Source of the DNA: Azolla caroliniana
Lineage: Eukaryota > Plantae > Polypodiophyta
NCBI GenBank assembly: GCA_043228905.1
Contig: JBHGNT010000026.1
Location: 310,001 to 374,000, forward strand
Direction of reading: 5' to 3'
DNA length: 64,000 nt
Shown: positions 51,201 through 64,000 of the stretch, piece by piece
Layout: the number at the start of each line of letters is the position of its first letter
Numbering within the stretch: position 1 is the stretch's first letter
The notes under the pieces: model-generated
Database searches by the model: none
What the model was told of the DNA's origin: nothing
What the model saw: only the letters and a program-made list of their open reading frames with translations
Translations under genes and position numbers: made by a program

Positions 51201-54200
51201 TTGAGAGGAGCCCTCGAGTAAATTAAAATGGTCATACCTAGCGAGTGTGATATCGGTTTTTTGTGTTCAAACATGCGAATCGAAGCTAACAACGCTAGCT
51301 ATGATATGGAATTAAAAAATCAAGATTTTGAAACTCAGGTCAAGAGACATGACGAAATTAGCAAATTTGAGGAGTGAGTTGAGAGGAGCCCTTGAGTAAA
51401 TTAAAATGGTCATACATAGCGAGTGTGATATCGGATTTTTGTGTACAAACATGCGAATCGAAGCTAACAACGCTAGCTATGATATGGAATTAAAAAATCA
51501 AGATTTTGAAACTCAGGTCGAGAGACATGACGAAATTACCAAATTTGAGGAGGGGGTTGAGAGGGACCCTTGAGTAAATTAAAATGGTCATACCTAGCGA
51601 GTGTGATATCGGATTTTTGTGTACAAACATGCGAATCGAAGCTAACAACGCTAGCTATGATATGGAATTAAAAAATCAAGATTTTGAAACTCAGGTCGAG
51701 AGACATGAAGAAATTACCAAATTTGAGGAGTGAGGTTGGAAGAGCGCGTGAGTGAATTAAAATGTTCATACCTGGCTCGTGTGATATAGGATTTTTGTGT
51801 TCAAACATGCGAATCGAAGCTAACAACGCTAGCTATGATATGGAATTAAAAAATCAAGATTTTGAAACTCAGGTCAAGAGACATGACGAAATTAGCAAAT
51901 TTGAGGAGTGAGTTGAGAGGAGCCCTTGAGTAAATTAAAATGGTCATACATAGCGAGTGTGATATCGGGTTTTTGTGTACAAACATGCGAATCGAAGCTA
52001 ACAACGCTAGCTATGATATGGAATTAAAAAATCAAGATTTTGAAACTCAGGTCGAGAGACATGACGAAATTACCAAATTTGAGGAGGGAGTTGAGAGGGA
52101 CCCTTGAGTAAATTAAAATGGTCATACCTAGCGAGTGTGATATCGGATTTTTGTGTACAAACATGCGAATCGAAGCTAACAACGCTAGCTATGATATGGA
52201 ATTAAAAAATCAAGATTTTGAAACTCAGGTCGAGAGACATGAAGAAATTACCAAATTTGAGGAGTGAGGTTGGAAGAGCGCGTGAGTGAATTAAAATGTT
52301 CATACCTGGCTCGTGTGATATCGGATTTTTGTGTTCAAACATTGGAATCGAAGCTAACAACGCTAGGTATGATATAGAGTTAAAAAATCAACATTTTGAA
52401 ACTCAGGTCGAGAGACATGACGAAATTACCAAATTTGAGGAGTGAGTTAAGAAGAGCTATTAGGTAAATTAAAATGTTCATACCTAGCTCGTGTGATATC
52501 GGATTTTTGTGTTCAAACCTGTGAATCGAAGCTAACAACACTAGGTATGATATGGAATTACAAAATCAAGATTTTGAAACTCCAGGCGAGAGACATGACG
52601 AAATTACCAAATTTGAGGAGTGAGGTTGGAAGAGCGCGTGAGTGAATTAAAATGTTCATACCTGGCTCGTGTGATATCGGATTTTTGTGTTCAAACATGC
52701 GAATCGAAGCTAACAACGCTAGCTATGATATGGAATTAAAAAATCAAGATTTTGAAACTCAGGTCAAGAGACATGAAGAAATTAGCAAATTTGAGGAGTG
52801 AGTTGAGAGGAGCCCTTGAGTAAATTAAAATGGTCATACATAGCGAGTGTGATATCGGATTTTTGTGTACAAACATGCGAATCGAAGCTAACAACGCTAG
52901 CTATGATATGGAATTAAAAAATCAAGATTTTGAAACTCAGGTCGAGAGACATGACGAAATTACCAAATTTGAGGAGGGAGTTGAGAGGGACCCTTAAGTA
53001 AATTAAAATGGTCATACCTAGCGAGTGTGATATCGGATTTTTGTGTACAAACATGCGAATCGAAGCTAACAACGCTAGCTATGATATGGAATTAAAAAAT
53101 CAAGATTTTGAAACTCAGGTCGAGAGACATGAAGAAATTACCAAATTTGAGGAGTGAGGTTGGAAGATCGCGTGAGTGAATTAAAATGTTCATACCTGGC
53201 TCGTGTGATATCGGATTTTTGTGTTCAAACATGCGAATCGAAGCTAACAACGCTAGCTATGATATGGAATTGAAAATTGAAGATTTTGAAACTCAGGTCG
53301 AGAGACATGACGAAATTAGCAAATTTGAGGAGTGAGTTGAGAGGAGCCCTTGAGTAGATAAAAATGTTCATACCTAGCTCGTGTGATATCGGATTTTTGT
53401 GTTCAAACATCCGAATCGAAGCTAACAACGCTAGCTATGATATGGAATTAAAAAATCAAGATTTTGAAACTAAGGTCGAGAGACATGACGAAATTAGCAA
53501 ATTTGAGGAGTGAGTTGAGAGGAGCCCTCGAGTAAATTAAAATGGTCATACCTAGCGAGTGTGATATCGGTTTTTTGTGTTCAAACATGCGAATCGAAGC
53601 TAACAACGCTAGCTATGATATGGAATTAAAAAATCAAGATTTTGAAACTCAGGTCAAGAGACATGACGAAATTAGCAAATTTGAGGAGTGAGTTGAGAGG
53701 AGCCCTTGAGTAAATTAAAATGGTCATACATAGCGAGTGTGATATCGGATTTTTGTGTACAAACATGCGAATCGAAGCTAACAACGCTAGCTATGATATG
53801 GAATTAAAAAATCAAGATTTTGAAACTCAGGTCGAGAGACATGACGAAATTACCAAATTTGAGGAGGGAGTTGAGAGGGACCCTTGAGTAAATTAAAATG
53901 GTCATACCTAGCGAGTGTGATATCGGATTTTTGTGTACAAACATGCGAATCGAAGCTAACAACGCTAGCTATGATATGGAATTAAAAAATCAAGATTTTG
54001 AAACTCAGGTCGAGAGACATGAAGAAATTACCAAATTTGAGGAGTGAGGTTGGAAGAGCGCGTGAGTGAATTAAAATGTTCATACCTGGCTCGTGTGATA
54101 TAGGATTTTTGTGTTCAAACATGCGAATCGAAGCTAACAACGCTAGCTATGATATGGAATTGAAAAATGAAGATTTTGAAACTCAGGTCGAGAGACATGA

Positions 54201-56000
54201 CAAAATTAGCAAATTTGAGGAGTGAGTTGAGAGGAGCCCTTGAGTAGATAAAAATGTTCATACCTAGCTCGTGTGATATCGGATTTTTGTGTTCAAACAT
54301 CCGAATCGAAGCTAACAACGCTAGCTATGATATGGAATTAAAAAATCAAGATTTTGAAACTAAGGTCGAGAGACATGACGAAATTAGCAAATTTGAGGAG
54401 TGAGTTGAGAGGAGCCCTCGAGTAAATTAAAATGGTCATACCTAGCGAGTGTGATATCGGATTTTTGTGTTCAAACATTGGAATCGAAGCTAACAACGCT
54501 AGGTATGATATAGAATTAAAAAATCAACATTTTGAAACTCAGGTCGAGAGACATGACGAAATTACCAAATTTGAGGAGTGAGTTAAGAAGAGCTATTAGG
54601 TAAATTATAATGTTCATACCTGGCTCGTGTGATATCGGATTTCTGTGTTCAAACATGCGAATCGAAGCTAATAACGCTAGCTATGATATGGAATTAAAAA
54701 ATCAATATTTTGAAACTCAGGTCGAGAGACATGACGAAATTAGCAAATTTGAGGAGTGAGTTGAGATGAGCCCTTGAGTAAATTAAAATGTTCATACCTA
54801 GCGAGTGTGATATCGGATTTTTGTGTACAAACATGCGAATCGAAGCTAACAACACTAGCTATGATATGGAATTAAAAAATCAAGATTTTGAAACTCAGGT
54901 CGAGAGACATGACGAAATTACCAAATTTGAGGAGTGAGTTGAGAGGAGCCCTTGAGTAAATTTAAATGGTCATACCTAGAGATTGTGATATCGGATTTTT
55001 GTGTACAAACATGCGAATCGAAGCTAACAACGCTAGCTGTGATATGGAATTAAAAAATCAAAATATTGAAACTCAGGTCGACAGACATGAAGAAATTACC
55101 AAATTTGAGGAGTGAGGTTAGAAGAGCGCGTGAGTGAATTAAAATGTTCATACCTGGCTCGTGTGATATCGGATTTTTGTGTACAAACATGCGAATCGAA
55201 GCTAACAACGCTAGCTATGATATGGAATTAAAAAATCAAGATTTTGAAACCCAGGTCGCGAGACATGACGAAATTACCAAATTTGAGGAGGGAGTTGAGA
55301 GGAGCCCTTGAGTAAATTAAAATGGTCATACCTAGCGAGTGTGATATCGGATTTTTGTGTACAAACATGTGAATCGAAGCTAACAACGCTAGCTATGATA
55401 TGGAATTGAAAAATCAAGATTTTGAAACTCAGGTGGAGAGACATGACGAAATTAGCAAATTTGAGGAGTGAGTTGAGAGGAGCCCTGGAGTAAATTAAAA
55501 TGGTCATACCTAGCGAGTGTGATATCGCACTTTTGTGTACAAACATGCGAATCGAAGCTAACAACGCTAGCTATGATATGGAATTAAAAAATCAAGATTT
55601 TGAAACTAAGGTCGAGAGACATGACGAAATTACCAAATTTGAGGAGGGAGTTGAGAGGAGCCCTTGAGTAAATTAAAATGTTCATACCTGGCTCGTGTGA
55701 TATCGGATTTTTGTGTTCAAACATGCGAATCGAAGCTCACAACGCTAGCTATGATATGGAATTAAAAAATCAATATTTTGAAAGTCAGGTCGAGAGACAT
55801 GACGAAATTAGCAAATTTGAGGAGTGAGTTGAGAGAAGCCCTTGAGTAAATTACAATGTTTATACCTGGTTCGTGTGATATCGGATTTTTGTGTTCAAAC
55901 ATGCGAATCGAAGCTAACAACGCTAGCTATGATATGGAATTAAAAAATCAAGATTTTGAAACTAAGGTCGAGAGACATGACGAAATTAGCAAATTTGAGG
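24300..56000. repeat. Highly homogeneous satellite domain with variable-length HORs (4, 5, 6, 13, 15, 18 and 28 monomers)
   Basis: Marker spacings are exact multiples of 178: 712 (26171/26883), 890 (37740/38630), 2314 (30442/32756), 2670 (32756/35426), 3204 (43614/46818) and 4984 (30442/35426). Confidence 0.85.
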
Positions 56001-59000
56001 AGTGAGTTGAGAGGAGCCCTTGAGTAAATGAAAATGGTCATACCTAGCGAGTGTGATATCGGATTTTTGTGTACAAACATGCGAATCGAAGCTAACAACG
56101 CTAGCTATGATATGGAATTAAAAAATCAATATTTTGAAACTCAGGTCGAGAGACATGAAGAAATTACTAAATTTGAGGAGGGAGTTAAGAAGAGCTATTA
56201 GGTAAATTACAATGTTCATACCTGGCTCGTGTGATATCGGATTTTTGTGTTCAAACATTGGAATCGAAGCTAACAACGCTAGGTATGATATAGAGTTAAA
56301 AAATCAACATTTTGAAACTCAGGTCGAGAGACATGACGAAATTACCAAATTTGAGGAGTGAGTTAAGAAGAGCTATTAGGTAAATTAAAATGTTCATACC
56401 TAGCTCGTGTGATATCGGATTTTTGTGTTCAAACCTGTGAATCGAAGCTAACAACACTAGGTATGATATGGAATTACAAAATCAAGATTTTGAAACTCCA
56501 GGCGAGAGACATGACGAAATTACCAAATTTGAGGAGTGAGGTTGGAAGAGCGCGTGAGTGAATTAAAATGTTCATACCTGGCTCGTGTGATATCGGATTT
56601 TTGTGTTCAAACATGCGAATCGAAGCTAACAACGCTAGCTATGATATGGAATTAAAAAATCAAGATTTTGAAACTCAGGTCAAGAGACATGAAGAAATTA
56701 GCAAATTTGAGGAGTGAGTTGAGAGGAGCCCTTGAGTAAATTAAAATGGTCATACATAGCGAGTGTGATATCGGATTTTTGTGTACAAACATGCGAATCG
56801 AAGCTAACAACGCTAGCTATGATATGGAATTAAAAAATCAAGATTTTGAAACTCAGGTCGAGAGACATGACGAAATTACCAAATTTGAGGAGGGAGTTGA
56901 GAGGGACCCTTGAGTAAATTAAAATGGTCATACCTAGCGAGTGTGATATCGGATTTTTGTGTACAAACATGCGAATCGAAGCTAACAACGCTAGCTATGA
57001 TATGGAATTAAAAAATCAAGATTTTGAAACTCAGGTCGAGAGACATGAAGAAATTACCAAATTTGAGGAGTGAGGTTGGAAGATCGCGTAAGTGAAATAA
57101 AATGTTCATACCTGGCTCGTGTGATATCGGATTTCTGTGTTCAAACATGCGAATCGAAGCTAACAACGCTAGCTATGATATGGAATAAAAAAATCAAGAT
57201 TTTGAAACTAAGGTCGAGAGACATGACGAAATTAGCAAGTTTGAGGAGTGAGTTGAGAGGAGCCCTTGAGTAAATGAAAATGGTCATACCTAGCGAGTGT
57301 GATATCGGATTTTTGTGTACAAACATGCGAATCGAAGCTAACAACGCTAGCTATGATATGGAATTAAAAAATCAATATTTTGAAACTCAGGTCGAGAGAC
57401 ATGAAGAAATTACTAAATTTGAGGAGGGAGTTAAGAAGAGCTATTAGGTAAATTACAATGTTCATACCTGGCTCGTGTGATATCGGATTTTTGTGTTCAA
57501 ACATTGGAATCGAAGCTAACAACGCTAGGTATGATATAGAGTTAAAAAATCAACATTTTGAAACTCAGGTCGAGAGACATGACGAAATTACCAAATTTGA
57601 GGAGTGAGTTAAGAAGAGCTATTAGGTAAATTAAAATGTTCATACCTAGCTCGTGTGATATCGGATTTTTGTGTTCAAACCTGTGAATCGAAGCTAACAA
57701 CACTAGGTATGATATGGAATTACAAAATCAAGATTTTGAAACTCCAGGCGAGAGACATGACGAAATTACCAAATTTGAGGAGTGAGGTTGGAAGAGCGCG
57801 TGAGTGAATTAAAATGTTCATACCTGGCTCGTGTGATATCGGATTTTTGTGTTCAAACATGCGAATCGAAGCTAACAACGCTAGCTATGATATGGAATTA
57901 AAAAATCAAGATTTTGAAACTCAGGTCAAGAGACATGAAGAAATTAGCAAATTTGAGGAGTGAGTTGAGAGGAGCCCTTGAGTAAATTAAAATGGTCATA
58001 CATAGCGAGTGTGATATCGGATTTTTGTGTACAAACATGCGAATCGAAGCTAACAACGCTAGCTATGATATGGAATTAAAAAATCAAGATTTTGAAACTC
58101 AGGTCGAGAGACATAACGAAATTACCAAATTTGAGGAGGGAGTTGAGAGGGACCCTTGAGTAAATTAAAATGGTCATACCTAGCGAGTGTGATATCGGAT
58201 TTTTGTGTACAAACATGCGAATCGAAGCTAACAACGCTAGCTATGATATGGAATTAAAAAATCAAGATTTTGAAACTCAGGTCGAGAGACATGAAGAAAT
58301 TACCAAATTTGAGGAGTGAGGTTGGAAGATCGCGTAAGTGAATTAAAATGTTCATACCTGGCTCGTGTGATATCGGATTTCTGTGTTCAAACATGCGAAT
58401 CGAAGCTAACAACGCTAGCTATGATATGGAATTAAAAAATCAAGATTTTGAAACTAAGGTCGAGAGACATGACGAAATTAGCAAATTTGAGGAGTGAGTT
58501 GAGAGGAGCCCTTGAGTAAATGAAAATGGTCATACCTAGCGAGTGTGATATCGGATTTTTGTGTACAAACATGCGAATCGAAGCTAACAACGCTAGCTAT
58601 GATATGGAATTAAAAAATCAATATTTTGAAACTCAGGTCGAGAGACATGAAGAAATTACTAAATTTGAGGAGGGAGTTAAGAAGAGCTATTAGGTAAATT
58701 ACAATGTTCATACCTGGCTCGTGTGATATCGGATTTTTGTGTTCAAACATTGGAATCGAAGCTAACAACGCTAGGTATGATATAGAGTTAAAAAATCAAC
58801 ATTTTGAAACTCAGGTCGAGAGACATGACGAAATTACCAAATTTGAGGAGTGAGTTAAGAAGAGCTATTAGGTAAATTAAAATGTTCATACCTAGCTCGT
58901 GTGATATCGGATTTTTGTGTTCAAACCTTTGAATCGAAGCTAACAACACTAGGTATGATATGGAATTACAAAATCAAGATTTTGAAACTCCAGGCGAGAG

Positions 59001-59200
59001 ACATGACGAAATTACCAAATTTGAGGAGTGAGGTTGGAAGAGCGCGTGAGTGAATTAAAATGTTCATACCTGGCTCGTGTGATATCGGATTTTTGTGTTC
59101 AAACATGCGAATCGAAGCTAACAACGCTAGCTATGATATGGAATTAAAAAATCAAGATTTTGAAACTCAGGTCAAGAGACATGAAGAAATTAGCAAATTT
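55980..59200. repeat. 7-mer (1246-bp) HOR, ~2.5-3 copies
   Basis: The variant AAATTACTAAA occurs with TACTAA at 56165, 57411 and 58657. Confidence 0.85.
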
Positions 59201-62200
59201 GAGGAGTGAGTTGAGAGGAGCCCTCGAGTAAATTAAAATGGTCATACCTAGCGAGTGTGATATCGGTTTTTTGTGTACAAACATGCGAATCGAAGCTAAC
59301 AATGCTAGCTATGATATGGAATTAAAAAATCAAGATTTTGAAACTCAGGTCGAGAGACAAGAAGAAATTACCAAATTTGAGGAGGGAGTTAAGAAGAGCT
59401 ATTAGGTAAATTACAATGTTCATACCTGGCTCGTGTGATATCGGATTTTTGTGTTCAAACATTGGAATCGAAGCTAACAACGCTAGGTATGATATAGAAT
59501 TAAAAAATCAAGATTTTGAAACTCAGGTCGAGAGACATGACGAAATTACCAAATTTGAGGAGTGAGTTAAGAAGAGCTATTAGGTAAATTATAATGTTCA
59601 TACCTGGCTCGTGTGATATCGGATTTCTGTGTTCAAACATGCGAATCGAAGCTAATAACGCTAGCTATGATATGGAATTAAAAAATCAATATTTTGAAAC
59701 TGAGGTCGAGAGACATGACGAAATTAGCAAATTTGAGGAGTGAGTTGAGATGAGCCCTTGAGTAAATTAAAATGTTCATACATAGCGAGTGTGATATCGG
59801 ATTTTTGTGTACAAACATGCGAATCGAAGCTAACAACGCTAGCTATGATATGGAATTAAAAAATCAAGATTTTGAAACTCAGGTCGAGAGACATGACGAA
59901 ATTACCAAATTTGAGGAGTGAGTTGAGAGGAGCCCTTGAGTAAATTAAAATGGTCATACCTAGCGAGTGTGATATCGGATTTTTGTGTACAAACATGCGA
60001 ATCGAAGCTAACAACGCTAGCAATGATATGGAATTAAAAAATCAAGATTTTGAAACTCAGGTCGAGAGACATGAAGAAATTACCAAATTTGAGGAGTGAG
60101 GTTAGAAGAGCGCGTGAGTGAATTAAAATGTTCATACCTGGCTCGTGTGATATCTGATTTTTGTGTTCAAACCTGCGAATCGAAGCTAACAACGCTAGCT
60201 ATGATATGGAATTACAAAATCAAGATTTTGAAACTCCAGGCGAGAGACATGACGAAATTACCAAATTTGAGGAGTGAGGTTGGAAGAGCGCGTGAGTGAA
60301 TTAAAATGTTCATACCTGGCTCGTGTGATATCGGATTTCTGTGTTCAAACATGCGAATCGAAGCTAACAACGCTAGCTATGATATGGAATGAAAAAATCA
60401 AGATTTTGAAACTCAGGTCGAGAGACATGACGAAATTACCAAATTTGAGGAGGGGGTTGAGAGGGGCCCTTGAGTCAATTAAAATGTTCATACCTAGCTC
60501 GTGTGATATCAGATTTTTGTGTTCAAACATGCGAATCAAACCTAACAACGCTAGCTATGATATAGAATTAAAAAAGCAAGATTTTGAAACTCAGGTCGAG
60601 AGACATGAAGAAATTACCAAATTTGAGGAGGGAGTTAAGAAGAGCTATTAGGTAAATTACAATGTTCATACCTGGCTCGTGTGATATCGGATTTTTGTGT
60701 TCAAACATTGGAATCGAAGCTAACAACGCTAGGTATGATATAGAATTAAAAAATCAACATTTTGAAACTCAGGTCGAGAGACATGACGAAATTACCAAAT
60801 TTGAGGAGTGAGTTAAGAAGAGCTATTAGGTAAATTATAATGTTCATACCTGGCTCGTGTGATATCGGATTTCTGTGTTCAAACATGCGAATCGAAGCTA
60901 ATAACGCTAGCTATGATATGGAATTAAAAAATCAATATTTTGAAACTCAGGTCGAGAGACATGACGAAATTAGCAAATTTGAGGAGTGAGTTGAGATGAG
61001 CCCTTGAGTAAATTAAAATGTTCATACCTAGCGAGTGTGATATCGGATTTTTGTGTACAAACATGCGAATCGAAGCTAACAACACTAGCTATGATATGGA
61101 ATTAAAAAATCAAGATTTTGAATCTCAGGTCGAGAGACATGACGAAATTACCAAATTTGAGGAGTGAGTTGAGAGGAGCCCTTGAGTAAATTTAAATGGT
61201 CATACCTAGAGATTGTGATATCGGATTTTTGTGTACAAACATGCGAATCGAAGCTAACAACGCTAGCTGTGATATGGAATTAAAAAATCAAAATATTGAA
61301 ACTCAGGTCGACAGACATGAAGAAATTACCAAATTTGAGGATTGAGGTTAGAAGAGCGCGTGAGTGAATTAAAATGTTCATACCTGGCTCGTGTGATATC
61401 AGATTTTTGTGTTCAAACCTGCGAATCGAAGCTAACAACGCTAGCTATGATATGGAATTACAAAATCAAGATTTTGAAACTCCAGGCGAGAGACATGACG
61501 AAATTAGCAAATTTGAGGAGTGAGGTTGGAAGAGCGCGTGAGTGAATTAAAATGTTCATACCTGGCTCGTGTGATATCGGATTTTTGTGTACAAACATGC
61601 GAATCGAAGCTAACAACGCTAGCTATGATATGGAATTAAAAAATCAAAATTTTGAAACCCAGGTCGCGAGACATGACGAAATTAGCAAATTTGAGGAGTG
61701 AGTTGAGAGGAGCCCTTGAGTAAATTAAAATGTTCATACCTGGCTCGTGTGATATCAGATTTTTGTGTTCAAACATGCGAATCGAAGCTAACAACGCTAG
61801 CTATGATATGGAATTAAAAAATCAAGATTTTGAAACTCAGGTCAAGAGACATGACGAAATTAGCAAATTTGAGGAGTGAGTTGAGAGGAGCCCTTGAGTA
61901 AATTAAAATGGTCATACATAGCGAGTGTGATATCGGATTTTTGTGTACAAACATGCGAATCGAAGCTAACAACGCTAGCTATGATATGGAATTACAAAAT
62001 CAAGATTTTGAAACTCAGGTCGAGAGACATGACGAAATTACCAAATTTGAGGAGGGAGTTGAGAGGGACCCTTGAGTAAATTAAAATGGTCATACCTAGC
62101 GTGTGTGATATCGGATTTTTGTGTACAAACATGCGAATCGAAGCTAACAACGCTAGCTATGATATGGAATTAAAAAATCAAGATTTTGAAACTCAGGTCG

Positions 62201-64000
62201 AGAGACATGAAGAAATTACCAAATTTGAGGAGTGAGGTTGGAAGAGCGCGTGAGTGAATTAAAATGTTCATACCTGGCTCGTGTGATATCGGATTTTTGT
62301 GTTCAAACATTGGAATCGAAGCTAACAACGCTAGGTATGATATAGAGTTAAAAAATCAACATTTTGAAACTCAGGTCGAGAGACATGACGAAATTACCAA
62401 ATTTGAGGAGTGAGTTAAGAAGAGCTATTAGGTAAATTAAAATGTTCATACCTGGCTCGTGTGATATCGGATTTTTGTGTACAAACATGCGAATCGAAGC
62501 TAACAACGCTAGCTATGATATGGAATTAAAAAATCAAGATTTTGAAACCCAGGTCGCGAGACATGACGAAATTAGCAAATTTGAGGAGTGAGTTGAGAGG
62601 AGCCCTTGAGTAAATTAAAATGTTCATACCTGGCTCGTGTGATATCAGATTTTTGTGTTCAAACATGCGAATCGAAGCTAACAACGCTAGCTATGATATG
62701 GAATTAAAAAATCAAGATTTTGAAACTCAGGTCAAGAGACATGACGAAATTAGCAAATTTGAGGAGTGAGTTGAGAGGAGCCCTTGAGTAAATTAAAATG
62801 GTCATACATAGCGAGTGTGATATCGGATTTTTGTGTACAAACATGCGAATCGAAGCTAACAACGCTAGCTATGATATGGAATTACAAAATCAAGATTTTG
62901 AAACTCAGGTCGAGAGACATGACGAAATTACCAAATTTGAGGAGGGAGTTGAGAGGGACCCTTGAGTAAATTAAAATGGTCATACCTAGCGTGTGTGATA
63001 TCGGATTTTTGTGTACAAACATGCGAATCGAAGCTAACAACGCTAGCTATGATATGGAATTAAAAAATCAAGATTTTGAAACTCAAGTCGAGAGACATGA
63101 ATAAATTACCAAATTTGAGGAGTGAGGTTGGAAGAGCGCGTGAGTGAATTAAAATGTTCATACCTGGCTCGTGTGATATCGGATTTTTGTGTTCAAACAT
63201 TGGAATCGAAGCTAACAACGCTAGGTATGATATAGAGTTAAAAAATCAACATTTTGAAACTCAGGTCGAGAGACATGACGAAATTACCAAATTTGAGGAG
63301 TGAGTTAAGAAGAGCTATTAGGTAAATTAAAATGTTCATACCTAGCTCGTGTGATATCGGATTTTTGTGTTCAAACCTGTGAATCGAAGCTAACAACACT
63401 AGGTATGATATGGAATTACAAAATCAAGATTTTGAAACTCCAGGCGAGAGACATGACGAAATTACCAAATTTGAGGAGTGAGGTTGGAAGAGCGCGTGAG
63501 TGAATTAAAATGTTCATACCTGGCTCGTGTGATATCGGATTTTTGTGTACAAACATGCGAATCGAAGCTAACAACGCTAGCTATGATATGGAATTAAAAA
63601 ATCAAAATTTTGAAACTCAGGTCGAGAGACATGACGAAATTACCAAATTTGAGGAGGGGGTTGAGAGGGGCCCTTGAGTAAATTAAAATGTTCATACCTA
63701 GCTCGTGTGATATCGGATTTTTGTGTTCAAACATGCGAATCGAAGCTAACAACGCTAGCTATGATATGGAGTAAAAAAAACAAGATTTTGAAACTCAGGT
63801 CGAGAGACATGACGAAATTACCAAATTTGAGGAGTGAGTTGAGAGGAGCCCTTGAGTAAATTAAAATGGTCATACCTAGCGATTGTGATATCGGATTTTT
63901 GTGTACAAACATGCGAATCGAAGCTAACAACGCTAGCTATGATATGGAATTAAAAAATCAAGATTTTGAAACTTACGTCGAGAGATATGACGAAATTAGC

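Larger units (their letters stand above)
3826..64000. repeat. 178-bp satellite array, main segment (~338 monomers), probably centromeric or pericentromeric
   Basis: Uninterrupted, unidirectional tandem monomers. Consensus is about AAATTAAAATGTTCATACCTGGCTCGTGTGATATCGGATTTTTGTGTTCAAACATGCGAATCGAAGCTAACAACGCTAGCTATGATATGGAATTAAAAAATCAAGATTTTGAAACTCAGGTCGAGAGACATGACGAAATTASCAAATTTGAGGAGTGAGTTGAGAGGAGCCCTTGAGT. The centromeric role is inferred only from the nucleosome-sized monomer and higher-order repeat (HOR) structure. Confidence 0.99.

Noticed and set aside
867-63930. Dozens of 61-129 aa ORFs (MLASIRMFEH..., MRLEERVSEL..., MSKLK...)
   Set aside because: They are translations of the 178-bp satellite, opened or closed by single variants. 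Many lack ATG starts and none resembles a recognisable protein.
1-64000. CRISPR-like array (constant region plus variable cassette)
   Set aside because: The variable parts are a few recurring alleles rather than unique spacers, the unit is 178 bp, and there are no cas genes.
1-64000. Identity with Arabidopsis CEN178/CEN180
   Set aside because: Only the length matches. The sequence is not one I recognise as that repeat, so no species is assigned.

Overview
Eukaryotic heterochromatin, probably centromeric or pericentromeric; the organism cannot be identified from sequence alone. About 96% of the window (1-1109 and 3826-64000) is a head-to-tail array of roughly 340-345 copies of a 178-bp satellite, all in one orientation. 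It is built from a few discrete monomer types arranged in nested higher-order repeats. No protein-coding gene is supported: the listed ORFs are by-products of the repeats. The array is interrupted once by a 2.72-kb non-coding insertion (1106-3825) whose first and last 203 bp are identical, i.e. about 1.08 copies of a 2517-bp unit. It has no ORF, PBS, PPT or true target-site duplication. It carries a complete type I hammerhead ribozyme on the + strand (3465-3523), telomere-like C-strand motifs next to the ribozyme, and several structured-RNA islands in a pyrimidine-rich body. My best interpretation (inference) is a recent insertion of an unusually large non-autonomous ribozyme retroelement (giant retrozyme or Penelope-like derivative), possibly copied from a ~2.5-kb circular RNA.
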